A DNA stretch of 64,000 bases from Vulcanimicrobiota bacterium (GCA_963733295.1 CAVTCS010000003.1:1632001-1696000); one strand, 5' to 3'. Shown: positions 20,344-31,191, numbered from the stretch's first letter. Notes: generated by a model not told the origin, from the letters alone. Numbers and translations: made by a program.

Positions 20344-21863
20344 CGCACTCTCGACACGCCGCGATCCTCGCGGCGGCCTTCGCGCTCGCGGGTTGCAGCG
20401 GAAGCGGCGGCCAGATGCTGACGAATCCCTTGATCCCGCCGGCCAAGGCCCACCCCTTCCCGCCGGTGCAAGTGCTGAGCATCGCCGGCGTCGGCGACAG
20501 CTTGACCGCCGGCGAGCAGTCTGACGGACTCGTCGGCGTCAACCTTCCCGTCCTCGGTACGAGTCCGATCCTCGGGACGATCGGCCCGGTGCAGGCGACG
20601 CAAGAGCACGGCTTCTTCTCGCTGCTCTGGCAACAGGCCAACGTCGTCGGGATCGGCGCAATGAGCGACCCAACCGTCTCGCCGTTGCCGCTCATCGGCC
20701 CGAACGCGATCGGCGACCTTCTCGCACCTACCTCGAGCGGTTTCCCGTTTACCGTCACGACGGTGTGCGACACGACGCAGCTACCCGCCAACAAGTTCTC
20801 GACGGCGCTGACGCTGCGCCTCAATCCAGCGCTCACTCCGTACGATCTCGGCATACCCGGACAGACGGTCCACGAAGCGCTCTACATGAACGGCGCGATC
20901 GGAACGTGCGCTGCGATCCCCGCTGCATACGTGCCGCTCAACTCGCTGGTCAACGGCGAGAGCCAGAACTTCTGGCCGATCTTAGCCGGCTTCGGAAGCG
21001 GGGTCACCCAGGTCTCGGCAGCGACCTCGCTGCATGCCAAGCTCGCAACCGTGTGGCTCGGGTCGAACGATCTCCTCAAGGTCGCATTCAGCAATGGTGC
21101 AGCGCCGGTAACGTCGCCGTCGTCGATGCAAGCCGACCTCTCCCAAATCATCCAGAATTTGCAACGCGCCGGCTCGAAGGTCGCGATCTCCAACCTAATC
21201 GACGTGATGGGTGCGGCGGCGTTCATCCCGCAGCCGGCGTATCAGACGACATTGCAAAACTTCATCGCAAACGCGCTGATCCTGGCGAATCCCGGTCTAA
21301 CCGAAGCTGAGGCTTTAGCGCTGGCGGCCGGCCCGGCGACCTTTTACGCAAACGCCGAGATCACCCAAACGGGCGTCGGCGCGAACGGCTACTTCACGAT
21401 CAATGCGGTCTTCGAGACACTTGCCGCCGCTGCCGCCTCACCGCCGGGCCCGCCGCCGGTGCTGACCACGGGCGACTTCGTCTCGGATGCGGTCGCGCTC
21501 GAAGTCAAGTCGCTCAACACGCAGTACAACGCCTCGATCGCGAACGCGGCAACTGCGAATCATGCGGCGCTCGTCGACATCCACAGCGCCTTTGCCGCCA
21601 TCGAAACCGCCGGAGGCCTTCCGATTAATCCGCCCCAGTGCTGCACCCTGCAGTACGGCGGCGGCTTCTTCAGCCTCGACGGCCTTCACCCGTCGAACAC
21701 GGGCTACGCCGTCGTCGCCAACACGTTCATCGCGCAGATCGATGCGTCGTACGGGTACAGCATTCCCCAAGTCGACGTCACGACGATCTACAAGACCGAC
21801 CCCTACGCTCCCGGTAGTAGCGTAGGACCGGCCAGCGCGGTCCAGAAACCCAAGGCTCCATGA
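20340..21863 (+). CDS. SGNH/GDSL hydrolase lipoprotein
   Basis: Lipobox LAGC; GDSLTAG, WLGSND, DGLHPSNTGY. Confidence 0.88.
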   Translation: MTHSRHAAILAAAFALAGCSGSGGQMLTNPLIPPAKAHPFPPVQVLSIAGVGDSLTAGEQSDGLVGVNLPVLGTSPILGTIGPVQATQEHGFFSLLWQQANVVGIGAMSDPTVSPLPLIGPNAIGDLLAPTSSGFPFTVTTVCDTTQLPANKFSTALTLRLNPALTPYDLGIPGQTVHEALYMNGAIGTCAAIPAAYVPLNSLVNGESQNFWPILAGFGSGVTQVSAATSLHAKLATVWLGSNDLLKVAFSNGAAPVTSPSSMQADLSQIIQNLQRAGSKVAISNLIDVMGAAAFIPQPAYQTTLQNFIANALILANPGLTEAEALALAAGPATFYANAEITQTGVGANGYFTINAVFETLAAAAASPPGPPPVLTTGDFVSDAVALEVKSLNTQYNASIANAATANHAALVDIHSAFAAIETAGGLPINPPQCCTLQYGGGFFSLDGLHPSNTGYAVVANTFIAQIDASYGYSIPQVDVTTIYKTDPYAPGSSVGPASAVQKPKAP

Positions 21864-22486
21864 GAAAAACTCTCGCAGTTTCAACGCTCCTCGCGCTCGC
21901 CGGCGCGCTCTTAGGAGCAGCGCCGACCGGTGCAGCCGCGTCTTTTTTGGATGCCTGGTCGAAGGTGCAGAGCTACACGGTCGACATCAAGGTGCACGAG
22001 ACCAAAGGCACCGAGACTCAGGATCGCACGTACCATTACTCATTTCTGAAACCGCACTTTGCGCGAAGCGACATTACGGGTGGCCCGGGTAAAGGCGGCG
22101 GCGCCGTCTGGAAGGGCGGTGACACGGTCAGCGGACATCAGGGCGGCTTGTTGAGCGGCATCCACATGAACATCTCGATCCACGATGCACGCGCCGTCGA
22201 CTTGCGCGGCGGAACGATCGCGGGAGGTTCGTTTGCGGACATGGCAAGCTGGATCCAATCGGCCGCGACGATCACCGTCGCCGAGGAGACTTGGAACGGC
22301 GTCGCTTACGACACCGTGACCGGGCCCTACACCGACTCGCTCGGAGCCACCAAACGCGAACTCTACTTGTCCAAAACGACGCACTTACCGGTGCGCCGCG
22401 TGACCTTCGCAGGCGACACGATCGTCGAGGACGAGGTCTTCACCAACCTCAACCCGCAGGCGGCCTTGATGGAGGGCGACTTCTAG
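21860..22486 (+). CDS. LolA-like / outer-membrane lipoprotein-sorting-fold protein
   Basis: Signal peptide; 'YSFLKPHFARSDI', 'LYLSKTTHLPVRR', 'FTNLNP' resemble LolA-like folds. Confidence 0.55.
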   Translation: MRKTLAVSTLLALAGALLGAAPTGAAASFLDAWSKVQSYTVDIKVHETKGTETQDRTYHYSFLKPHFARSDITGGPGKGGGAVWKGGDTVSGHQGGLLSGIHMNISIHDARAVDLRGGTIAGGSFADMASWIQSAATITVAEETWNGVAYDTVTGPYTDSLGATKRELYLSKTTHLPVRRVTFAGDTIVEDEVFTNLNPQAALMEGDF

Positions 22487-23230
22487 CTAACCGCGTCCCA
22501 CGAAGGGCATCTTCGTCGCCATCACGGTCATGAACTGAACGTTCGCGTCGAGCGGCAGCGTCGCCATGAAGACGACCGCTCGCGCGACATGCCCGACGTC
22601 GATCGTCGGTTCGACCCGCAGGGTTCCGTCGGGCTGAGGGACGCCATCCTGCATGCGCGCCGTCATCGGGGTCGCGGCGTTCCCGACGTCGATCTGACCG
22701 CACGCGATGTCGTATGGGCGGCCGTCCAGCGATAGCGATTTGGTCAGACCCGCGATCGCATGTTTCGTCGTCGTGTACGGCGCGGAATTCGGACGCGGGG
22801 CGTGCGCCGAGATCGAGCCGTTGTTGATGATCCGGCCGCCTTGCGGCGACTGCGCCTTCATTTGCCGGAAGGCGGCGCGGGCGCAGTAAAACGCACCGTT
22901 CACGTTGACGGAAACGACCGAATTCCAACGCTCGTCGCTCAGCTCGTCGAAAGGAACGGCCGGCGCCGAGAGGCCGGCATTGTTGAAGAGGACGTCGAGC
23001 CGCCCGAAGCGTTCGGCGACCGCAGCGAAGAGCGCGCGCACCGATGCGGCGTCGGCAACGTCGGTGGGGACTGCGAAGGCGCGGCCCGCCGGAATGCGCG
23101 ATGCCGTTTCGTCGAGCGCGTCGGCCCGGCGGCCGGCCAACACCGCGACGAAACCGGCCTCCGCCAACGCGATCGCCGCCGCGCGTCCGATGCCGCTGCC
23201 CGCTCCCGTGACCACCGCGACTTTTTCCAT
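22487..23230 (-). CDS. SDR family oxidoreductase
   Basis: [17 protein letters not shown]. Confidence 0.93.
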   Translation of the reverse strand: MEKVAVVTGAGSGIGRAAAIALAEAGFVAVLAGRRADALDETASRIPAGRAFAVPTDVADAASVRALFAAVAERFGRLDVLFNNAGLSAPAVPFDELSDERWNSVVSVNVNGAFYCARAAFRQMKAQSPQGGRIINNGSISAHAPRPNSAPYTTTKHAIAGLTKSLSLDGRPYDIACGQIDVGNAATPMTARMQDGVPQPDGTLRVEPTIDVGHVARAVVFMATLPLDANVQFMTVMATKMPFVGRG

Positions 23231-23286
23231 CTCCGCAATCTCCTAACAAATGAGAACTCGGGCCACGCTTTGAAAGATAGGCGCCG

Positions 23287-23925
23287 ATGAGCTCCGGCCT
23301 TACGCTGTACGCTTTCGTTACGCTGTTCGCGATGCTCAATCCGGTCGAAGCTGCGGCGGCATTCGCGACGCTTACCACCGGCCGCACTCCGCAAGGAAAG
23401 CACGCGATCGCACTGCGCGCGAGCATCGTCGCCGGGGTCATCCTGCTCGGCTTCGGGCTCATCGGTCGCTTCCTATTCGATGCGCTCGGAATCTCCCTGG
23501 CCGCCTTCCGGATTGCGGGCGGTCTGCTGCTGCTCAAAGTCGCCTTCAACATGGTCTTCGCCGTCCAGACCGACACGGACCAAGCCGAAGACGCAAAGGC
23601 CTCTCCCCATCCTAGCGGAGACCCATCGGTCTTTCCGCTCGCCATCCCGATCATCACCGGTCCCGGCGCTCTGACCGCGATCGTCACGCTGTTCGGCAAG
23701 ACGCACGGCGACCCGATGATCTACCTTGCCATCAGCATCATCGCGCTCATCGTGATGTTCCTCGTCTATTTCGCGATGGTCGGCTCCGAATCGATCACGA
23801 AGGTTCTCGGCACGACGGGAGTCGACGCGACCGGTCGTCTCGTCGGCATCATCGTCGCCGCAATCGCCATCCAGCTCGTCATCGACGGCGGCTACGAAGT
23901 CCTCAAGACCCCGCCAAGCATGTGA
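23287..23925 (+). CDS. MarC family membrane protein
   Basis: FAMLNP, FRIAGGLLL, VFPLAIPIITGPGA. Confidence 0.92.
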   Translation: MSSGLTLYAFVTLFAMLNPVEAAAAFATLTTGRTPQGKHAIALRASIVAGVILLGFGLIGRFLFDALGISLAAFRIAGGLLLLKVAFNMVFAVQTDTDQAEDAKASPHPSGDPSVFPLAIPIITGPGALTAIVTLFGKTHGDPMIYLAISIIALIVMFLVYFAMVGSESITKVLGTTGVDATGRLVGIIVAAIAIQLVIDGGYEVLKTPPSM

Positions 23926-24423
23926 TCAGCGGCCGAAGAGGCCGGTCAGCCTTCCGTGCGCCAGGGTTGCGCCGTGCAGGTTGAACATAAGATAGGCGCC
24001 GGTGTCACCTTCATTGAGGCCGAGCTTCTTGTCGACCGCGTAGACGTTGAATTGGTAGTGGTGCGGCGGATCGCCGGGCGGCGGCGCCATTCCGCCATAT
24101 CCCGGCGCACCGAAATCGGTGTAACCGAGCACGCTTCCGGCGGGCTGTCTTCCGGGTTTGCCGGCGCCCTGCGCGAGCGATAAGATCGAAGGATCGATGT
24201 CGATGAGCAGCCAGTGCCAGAAACCGACGGTCGTCGGCGCATCCGGATCGAACAGCGTGACCGCGTAGCTCTTGGTTCCCGCCGGTCCTGCACTCCACGA
24301 AAGCTGCGGCGACAAGTTTTCCCCGCCGACGCCAAATTGATCGAAGAGCATCGAGCGCGGCACGATCGCGCCCTCCGCAAAGGTCGTGCTCGTGACGGTC
24401 AAGGTCCCAATCGAGGCGCTCAT
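23926..24423 (-). CDS. YbhB/YbcL family Raf-kinase-inhibitor-like protein
   Basis: SPQLSWS, DPDAPT..GFWHW, PPPGDPPHHYQF. Confidence 0.93.
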   Translation of the reverse strand: MSASIGTLTVTSTTFAEGAIVPRSMLFDQFGVGGENLSPQLSWSAGPAGTKSYAVTLFDPDAPTTVGFWHWLLIDIDPSILSLAQGAGKPGRQPAGSVLGYTDFGAPGYGGMAPPPGDPPHHYQFNVYAVDKKLGLNEGDTGAYLMFNLHGATLAHGRLTGLFGR

Positions 24424-25352
24424 GCTTCCCTCCGTTTGGATGAAACTCGCTCCAGCGCTTCTTCATTCCCCCCCGCATCGCTTTCGGGTCGCAGAAAACG
24501 GTCCATCAGGCGCGCCATGACGGGATCTTTGAGCCCGGGCGGCAGTGCCGAGAACACGCGCTGGAACCAGATGTCGTTCCCGACGGCGTAACGGGCGCGT
24601 GGGAACCTCGAGGTGAGTGCGCGCACGATCACCGCCGCGCAACGCTCCGGATTCGCCGCGCGCTTGCCGATCGCCGTCATCGCGTTGTTGACGATCGGCA
24701 TCACCGCGGCGTAACGCTCCGCCACGTGCGGTTCGAGACCGTGCAAGTCGATGTACTTCTCGGGGGTGAACTTCGTCCAGATTGCGGTCGCGAACGCGCC
24801 TGGTTCGACGAGTGCGAAGCGCACTCCAAAACCGCGCTGTTCCATGCGCAGCGATTCGACGAGCCCGCGAACCGCATGTTTCGATCCCGCGTAGATGCCG
24901 TTGAAGGGCCACGCCACTTGGCCCGAGATCGATCCGACGACGACGACGCGCCCGCGGGCGGCTCGGACGAACGGCAGAAAGGCCTGCGTGACTGCCACGA
25001 CTCCGACGACGTTGACCTCGAACTGACGGCGCAACGCCTCGATCGTAAGACATTCCACCGGACCGTGAAAGACGACGCCCGCGTTGTTGACGAGCCCGGC
25101 AAGTTGGCCGCCGCTGCGCTCGCCGATCAGGTCGCGCGCCCGCTCGATCTGCGCGGAATCCGTGACGTCGAGGAAGACCGGCTCGCTGCGCTCCGAAAGT
25201 TGTTCGCGCAGGCGAGCGGCGTCGGCGTCGTTTCTGACCCCGGCAAAAACCTGCCAGCCCAGTGCATCGAGCCGCTTGGCGGTAGCGAAGCCGATTCCGG
25301 TCGACGCGCCGGTAACGAGAACGCCGGCGCGGGCAGGGGCCGTTTTCGACAT
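24420..25352 (-). CDS. SDR family oxidoreductase
   Basis: TGASTGIG, LVNNAG, YAGSK. Confidence 0.92.
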   Translation of the reverse strand: MSKTAPARAGVLVTGASTGIGFATAKRLDALGWQVFAGVRNDADAARLREQLSERSEPVFLDVTDSAQIERARDLIGERSGGQLAGLVNNAGVVFHGPVECLTIEALRRQFEVNVVGVVAVTQAFLPFVRAARGRVVVVGSISGQVAWPFNGIYAGSKHAVRGLVESLRMEQRGFGVRFALVEPGAFATAIWTKFTPEKYIDLHGLEPHVAERYAAVMPIVNNAMTAIGKRAANPERCAAVIVRALTSRFPRARYAVGNDIWFQRVFSALPPGLKDPVMARLMDRFLRPESDAGGNEEALERVSSKRREA

Positions 25353-25392
25353 AGACACTTCAACTGCGGAAGAACGGCGGCGGAACCTTTTT

Positions 25393-26410
25393 TTAGGCGC
25401 GAGCCTCGGCTGCCGGCGCCAAGGTAAAGGCTTCGGCCAGCAACTCGTAGGAGCGCCGGCGCGACGCGTAGTCGGGCGTAATCGTGACGACCATCGCTTC
25501 GTCAGCGCCGTACTCCGCTACCAGCTCGAGGATACGGTCGCGCACACGTCCGGGCGTTCCGACGACCATGCGCCGCGAACGGACGGCCTCGTCGCGCTCG
25601 CGCGGGGTCCACGGATAGGCGCGCGATTCTTCGAGCGAAGGGACCTCCGACGAAATGCCTCGCGCGACGCGCAAACGCCATAAGCGGATCGGCCACGCCA
25701 GTTCTTCCGCTTCTTCATCGCTGGGCGCGGCAATCGCGAAGAGTGCAATCATGCTGTATGGGTCGGGCCGGTCCGGCGCGGGAACGAAGCGCGCACGGTA
25801 GGCGTGCGCAATGTGCGGGGCATCGCCGCCGATGAAGTGGGCGTATGCATACGGTAAACCCAAGTCCGATGCCAGACGCGCACCGTATTCGGAAGAGCCG
25901 AGCAGCCAGAGTTGCGGTACGCTCGCGCCGCTCGGCATTGCGGGAAGCGGCGCGGCACGCTGGCCGGGCGCTTTGGTTCCGCGCAAATACTCGATCGTCG
26001 CTGCGACCTGCGCGGGAAAGACCGCCGGATCGCGGCTCTCGAGCGCGGCGGAGACGAGCGGCGTTCCGCCTGGCGCGCGGCCCAGCCCGAGATCGATGCG
26101 GCCGGGCGCGAGTGCCTCGAGCATCCGGAACGACTCAGCCACTTTGAAAGCGCTATAATGGGGCAGCATGATCCCACCGCTGCCGAGCCGGATGGCGGTG
26201 GTTTCCGCCGTCAAACGCGCGAGCAGCACCTCGGGCGCGGCGTCGGCCAAGCCGTGCATCGCATGATGTTCAGCTAGCCAATAGCGCCGGTAGCCGAGCT
26301 CGTCGGCGCGACGCGCCAGGTCGATCGTCGCCGCGATTGCGTCGCAGCGGACGCGCGCCCGATACGACCGGCGACTGATCGAGAATACTCAGCCGGAACG
26401 CATCGGTCAC
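25393..26410 (-). pseudogene. LLM-class flavin-dependent oxidoreductase with a frameshift near 26345 (real lesion or assembly error)
   Basis: GTG 26410 gives MTDAFRLSILDQSPVVSGARP; another frame continues DAIAATIDLARRADELGYRRYWLAEHH into ORF 25393..26259. Confidence 0.8.
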
Positions 26411-26877
26411 GGAAGAATGCTGTAGGTGTATCCGGCGCAGATCTTGTCATTCGCCGCGCCCGTCGGCTGCGAAGCTCCGCTGTAGACGGTGAGATAGGCT
26501 ACGCCGCCGGACGCTTCGCGAACCATCATCACCGAGACGTAGGTCGGCTTTTGACCGCAGAGCGGGTTATGATTTTTCAGCAAGACGTCGAACGGCGAGG
26601 TCACGCGATAGAGAGTGGCGTGATCCTTCGCGTGCGCATCGCCGACGAACGAAACGCGCCCGGAGACGTCCTTGAGATATGCGATCGAGAGCTGACGGCC
26701 GCCCGAGAAGCTGATCCTAGTGGGCGTAAAACGCGCGTCGCCGGTGATCGATATGGCAGTCGTGCTCGTTCCGACCCAGCGCACGGCCTCCGCGGCGCCA
26801 GAAACACCGGCGGCGGTTGAGAAGAGGAGCAGCAAGGCACCGACGAAGCGACGAGGCTTAGGGCTACAAACGTGCAT
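26407..26877 (-). CDS. Secreted hypothetical protein
   Basis: Signal-like RRFVGALLLLF; two Cys in the mature part; its stop overlaps the LLM start (GTGA). Confidence 0.6.
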   Translation of the reverse strand: MHVCSPKPRRFVGALLLLFSTAAGVSGAAEAVRWVGTSTTAISITGDARFTPTRISFSGGRQLSIAYLKDVSGRVSFVGDAHAKDHATLYRVTSPFDVLLKNHNPLCGQKPTYVSVMMVREASGGVAYLTVYSGASQPTGAANDKICAGYTYSILP

Positions 26878-27505
26878 GATCGCTAAGTATAACCTTTTTG
26901 CCGGCCAAAACCTTGACCGTCTTTCGGCATTGAGCGACGGCCTCTTTTCCTTCGCGATGACGCTCCTCGTGCTCGATCTGCACGTACCGGATCTTGGGGC
27001 GATCCACGGCGAGGAAGGCTTGCGCAGAGCGCTCGTCGCCGAACTACCGCGCCTCGTCCCATATGTCATGACGTTCATGACGCTCGGCATCTTTTGGGTC
27101 GGTCAGCAGACGCAATTCAACTTGTTCTCCCGAACCGACCGCAACCTGACGTGGATCCACATCGGATTTCTGATGACGATTTCGCTCACGCCCTTCTCCA
27201 CCGCGCTCCTCGCCGAGTATCTAACCTATCGCACCGCCCTGATCGTCTACTGGTTGAACATCCTGCTGATGGGAATCGGTCTCTACGTCAGTTGGGCCTA
27301 TGCGTGCCGCGCGGATCTCGTCAAGGACGGAACTCCGGCGGAGGTCAAAGCCGCGGTCGAGCGCCGCATCCGAATCGCGCAATCGCTCTATGCCTTCGGC
27401 GCGGTGCTGTGCGTTTTCAACACCTACTGGAGCATCGGCTTCATCGTCCTCGTTCAGCTCAACTACGTGCTGGCACCGAGGATTCGCTTTCTCTACCGGC
27501 TCTGA
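26876..27505 (+). CDS. TMEM175 family K+ channel protein
   Basis: RLSALSDGLFSFAMTLLVLDL signature, FWVGQ, PFSTALL. Confidence 0.9.
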   Translation: MIAKYNLFAGQNLDRLSALSDGLFSFAMTLLVLDLHVPDLGAIHGEEGLRRALVAELPRLVPYVMTFMTLGIFWVGQQTQFNLFSRTDRNLTWIHIGFLMTISLTPFSTALLAEYLTYRTALIVYWLNILLMGIGLYVSWAYACRADLVKDGTPAEVKAAVERRIRIAQSLYAFGAVLCVFNTYWSIGFIVLVQLNYVLAPRIRFLYRL

Positions 27506-27537
27506 ACGCAGGCTGTAAGAGCGCGCTCGTTTTGCGG

Positions 27538-27969
27538 CTAGCTGTACTCGATCCGGCGAACGGTCAGCTTGCGATTGCCGGCGGGACGCTGCCAAACGAC
27601 GGTGTCGCCGGCGCGCGCGCCCAGCAGCGCCTGCGCGAGCGGTGAATCCGGCCCGATGTTGCCGGCGGGAATGTCGACTTCGTCCGGTCCGACGATGGTG
27701 AAACGGCGCAGCTCCTCGCCGGCCTCACCGCTCACGCTGACCGTCGCCCCGAAGGCCGCCACGGTGCGATCCTCGGGCGGAGGCACGACGTAGACGCGCG
27801 CCAGGGTCTCCTCGAGGCGCTGCCGCTCCGCCGGGTCGGAGGCCGCAGCCAGCGCTCCGGCCAGGCGCGCCTGCCCGCGCGACGTGATCGGCGCAGGCTC
27901 TGCCGCCGGCCTCAGCGCGGGCTCCCGCTCGGGCGCGTCCTCGAGTTCCTTGACGAATGCGCGGCTCAT
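27538..27969 (-). CDS. GreA/GreB-family elongation factor (short form)
   Basis: MSRAFVKE start with SD AAGGAG; FGATV, FTIVGPDE, SPLAQALLGAR.GD. Confidence 0.88.
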   Translation of the reverse strand: MSRAFVKELEDAPEREPALRPAAEPAPITSRGQARLAGALAAASDPAERQRLEETLARVYVVPPPEDRTVAAFGATVSVSGEAGEELRRFTIVGPDEVDIPAGNIGPDSPLAQALLGARAGDTVVWQRPAGNRKLTVRRIEYS

Positions 27970-28055
27970 GGCTCGATAGACTCCTTCGTAGCCAGTAAGG
28001 TAATTTTCCACCGGCCGTGCGCTTCTAAACCTTCTTTTTAGGCGGGAAAGAGACC

Positions 28056-29720
28056 TTACGCCGTTTCGCCGGCTTGGGACTGGATGAGCTGCGTCTGAGG
28101 CAGCGCGATGCCGATGGAGTTCGCCCGGAACGCTTCGTCGACGACCCGGTTCAGCTCGCGCGCGAGCGGTCCCCGTTCGCCCGGCGCGGTTTTGATCCAG
28201 GCTCGCAACACGATCCCGGCGTGCGAAACAGACTCGACGCCGAGAATCTGGGGCGGTTCCAGGACCACGCTTCGCCACTGGGGCTCAGCCGCGAGTTCGT
28301 CGAGCGTCTTCTTCAACAAGCCGGTCGCCTTGGTGACGTCGGAATTCGTCGCCACCGCGACGCGAAAATCGATGCGCGACCAGCCCCGCGTGGCGTTTTC
28401 GACCGCGACGATCGCGCTGTTCGGCATGCTGACCAGTTTGCCGTCGTCGGTGCGGATCTGCGTCAGGCGCAAGGTGAGGTTTTCGACCGACCCGGTCGTG
28501 CCGTTGATCGTCACGTAGTCGCCGAGCGCGAACTGGTCCTCGGCCAAGATGAGCCAACCGTTCACGTAGTCTTTAATGAGACTTTGCGAGGCGAACGAGA
28601 GGGCGAACGCCGCGACCGCGCCGAGGGTGAGTACCGAAGTCATGTTGACCCTGAGAATCGAGAGCGTCGTTCCAATTGCGATCGCGTACAAGATCGTCGA
28701 TTTCAGACTCTCGGCGGCGCGAAGAAGCGTCGGGCGCCGCAGCATCTGCCGCGCGCGATCGGGCGGCGATAGAAACGGATTGCCCTCCCATGCCTCGGCG
28801 ATCCGCGCGAACACGAGCGTCAAGATTCGCTCGACGACGAGGACGATTACCCACAAGATAAGGATGCGAATGATCCGCGAGGCGAGCTCGCGCGCGAACG
28901 TCTGGGTCGACGGGAAGATCGTGAGCGCCCAGAGGACGACGAGCAGCCACATGGCGAGCCCGAGCAAGCCGAGGATCCATCTACCCGTCGTAAGCAAACT
29001 GTCTTGCAGGCGGAGTTTGTCCGCTTCCCTGGATTCCGTCGCGTCGTCGTCACTCAGCGCTTCCACGCGCGCCTCGACCGCATCGCGCCGCCGATTCAAC
29101 CAGCGTCGCACGAACGAAGCGAGAATCGTCAGCAGAATCGCGGCCCCGACGACGAAGGGCAGCCTCTGAACCTGGGTGCGAATGTACTCCGGCTGCGCAG
29201 CTAACACGGCGGGGGCGAGCGCTGCCTGCAGCGCCGCCTGCCACTGTTCGGCAAGCTGTTTGGAAGGTAAGGCGTAATACGCCGAGTCTGACTCCGTCAG
29301 CGTCATGAGCGGTGCGACGTCCTTGTGACGTCCGTCCGTCGCGTAGAGCGTCGCGTAGCCGTTCTCGCTGCCGATCTCGACCTCGAAGGTCTCGGGTTCG
29401 AAGCGTGCCGCCGAAGGATCGAACACGTTGCCCGAGGTTGATGGCGGAACGACGCGCCTTAGGTTGTCTTGGATCGTTTCGACGCGTTGCACGATCGGGG
29501 GTACGTCGTTCGAACCGGGCGCGAGGGGTGCCGCAATGGTAAACAAGCGCGTGCCTTGGAAGGTGATCGTCGCGGTGTCGAGATTGCCGACGCGCCTGAT
29601 CTGAAAACCGTAATCGGTCGCCGGCGAGGAAGACGGCAACGGGATCGATATCGGCAACTGGGCTAGCGCCGCGACGGGAAACGCGGCAAAGAGGAGCGCC
29701 AAGAGGAGGCTGCGCGGCAT
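28056..29720 (-). CDS. MscS family mechanosensitive channel with large periplasmic N-domain
   Basis: FASQSLIKDYVNG, EDQFALGDYV, GSVENLTLRLTQIR. Confidence 0.9.
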   Translation of the reverse strand: MPRSLLLALLFAAFPVAALAQLPISIPLPSSSPATDYGFQIRRVGNLDTATITFQGTRLFTIAAPLAPGSNDVPPIVQRVETIQDNLRRVVPPSTSGNVFDPSAARFEPETFEVEIGSENGYATLYATDGRHKDVAPLMTLTESDSAYYALPSKQLAEQWQAALQAALAPAVLAAQPEYIRTQVQRLPFVVGAAILLTILASFVRRWLNRRRDAVEARVEALSDDDATESREADKLRLQDSLLTTGRWILGLLGLAMWLLVVLWALTIFPSTQTFARELASRIIRILILWVIVLVVERILTLVFARIAEAWEGNPFLSPPDRARQMLRRPTLLRAAESLKSTILYAIAIGTTLSILRVNMTSVLTLGAVAAFALSFASQSLIKDYVNGWLILAEDQFALGDYVTINGTTGSVENLTLRLTQIRTDDGKLVSMPNSAIVAVENATRGWSRIDFRVAVATNSDVTKATGLLKKTLDELAAEPQWRSVVLEPPQILGVESVSHAGIVLRAWIKTAPGERGPLARELNRVVDEAFRANSIGIALPQTQLIQSQAGETA

Positions 29721-29763
29721 CCGTCTTCGCCTTCGCGCCGCTGCGGCGGGAACCTCGGCCTCT

Positions 29764-30585
29764 TTAGCTGCCGTCGTCGCCGTAGATGAGCGCGGTCTTC
29801 GTCGTGCCTTTGGTTAGCCAATCCCGCAGCGGCAGCTGGATCGCCTTGAAAAACTCATCGGCGGCGAGATCGGCTTCGTGTCCCTTCGCGTCGGCGACCG
29901 GGTGATACGACCAGCCGAACTCCGCGATGAGCGGGTCGAAGCGATCGGTCGTCGGCCGGGCCCAAAGCGCGAGCGTGGCGGTCGCCGTCGTGTGGTGACC
30001 AAAAAACAAGCTGCCGAGTTTCGCCTCTATTTCAAAGATCTTCGCACCGTTCACGATCGAGAGCTGCGCGTTTCCATCTAAGCCCAGCGTTTTCACGTGC
30101 GGGAACGAATCGGCCATTTTTTCCAAGGGAACCGTCGGATCCAGTGCGGGCGACTCGAGAATGCAGTTGTTGGAATAGATGCTCGTCATCGATCCTGGCG
30201 AATCGCCTCGCAGAATCTCTTCCTTGAATTTCTTCTTCTGCTGCGGAAACGTCGAAGAACTATCGAAGCTCGCTGCAGCCCCAAGTTCGGGAGCACGGCA
30301 TTTAAACGTAACTTCCCAGCTGTCGTCGGGCCAGCCGCCTTGCCGGACTTGACGAATTCGGAAGATCAGTTTGTTCTTTCGTAAGTCTTGGGAGGGCGTG
30401 TCATAAAACTGAACGATCCGCATCTGTGAGTCGAGCGAGTCGAACGGCTCGTACCGCACCCCAAGCCGGGCCGCGCTAGCCTCCACAAGCTCGTTGAGCT
30501 CGACGAGGGCCTTGCGATTGGGAAAACGCTCCGGTTTCAGCAGGAGCTTGAACTCGCGGTTGGTGATCGTCGCCGCCACTGCCAT
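29764..30585 (-). CDS. Hypothetical protein, CYTH-like fold
   Basis: N-terminal REFKLLL (ExK), FYDT...LIFRIR, VTFKCR, KFKEE; SD AAGGAG. Confidence 0.6.
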   Translation of the reverse strand: MAVAATITNREFKLLLKPERFPNRKALVELNELVEASAARLGVRYEPFDSLDSQMRIVQFYDTPSQDLRKNKLIFRIRQVRQGGWPDDSWEVTFKCRAPELGAAASFDSSSTFPQQKKKFKEEILRGDSPGSMTSIYSNNCILESPALDPTVPLEKMADSFPHVKTLGLDGNAQLSIVNGAKIFEIEAKLGSLFFGHHTTATATLALWARPTTDRFDPLIAEFGWSYHPVADAKGHEADLAADEFFKAIQLPLRDWLTKGTTKTALIYGDDGS

Positions 30586-30669
30586 CTTTGACTCCTTACG
30601 TCAAGCCCTGGTGCGCCTCACTAGCATAGCTCTTGGCCGGGAGCAGACTATCCTTTCCCGACAATGTTC

Positions 30670-31191
30670 TCAGCTGGCGACCGGCGCGGGCTGGAAATCG
30701 CTCGCTCCAAGGGGGGCGACCGTGAACGCGGTTCCTTTTTCATAAACGACGTTCGTGCCGTAGCTCGCGTAACCGCCGACGGTCACGACGCCCTTGCCGA
30801 GCGAGATGGGCGCACCTTTCGCATCGTCGGATTTGGGCGGATCCGCGAGGCTAAAGTTCACGGGAATCGTGCGCCCGTCCGCAAGATCGAGGCTGCGCAT
30901 CGAGAGCACCAGCTTCCCAGCCTTCTGACCGCGTGCGGGTTGTGCGCTCTCGACGACGCCGTGGCCCTTCGTTCCGAGCGGCACGTCGATTTCTCCAACC
31001 TTGACTTCGCGCGTCGTCACGACGCCGAAGCGTTGCCCGCTTTGCGCATCTTGCGAGGAGAGACGTTCGGTCAGACGCACCGGAATCTGGACGCCGGTCG
31101 CATCGGGCGTGATATTGATTGCTCGCGCCTGTGCGGTCAAGAGCATCGACAACGCCGCCGCAAACGTAACATTGGCGAGAGCACGATTCAT
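30670..31191 (-). CDS. Secreted TrbI/VirB10-like beta-domain protein
   Basis: Signal peptide; VRLTERLSS...VPLGTKGHGVV...GKLVL...GTAFTV. Confidence 0.6.
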   Translation of the reverse strand: MNRALANVTFAAALSMLLTAQARAINITPDATGVQIPVRLTERLSSQDAQSGQRFGVVTTREVKVGEIDVPLGTKGHGVVESAQPARGQKAGKLVLSMRSLDLADGRTIPVNFSLADPPKSDDAKGAPISLGKGVVTVGGYASYGTNVVYEKGTAFTVAPLGASDFQPAPVAS

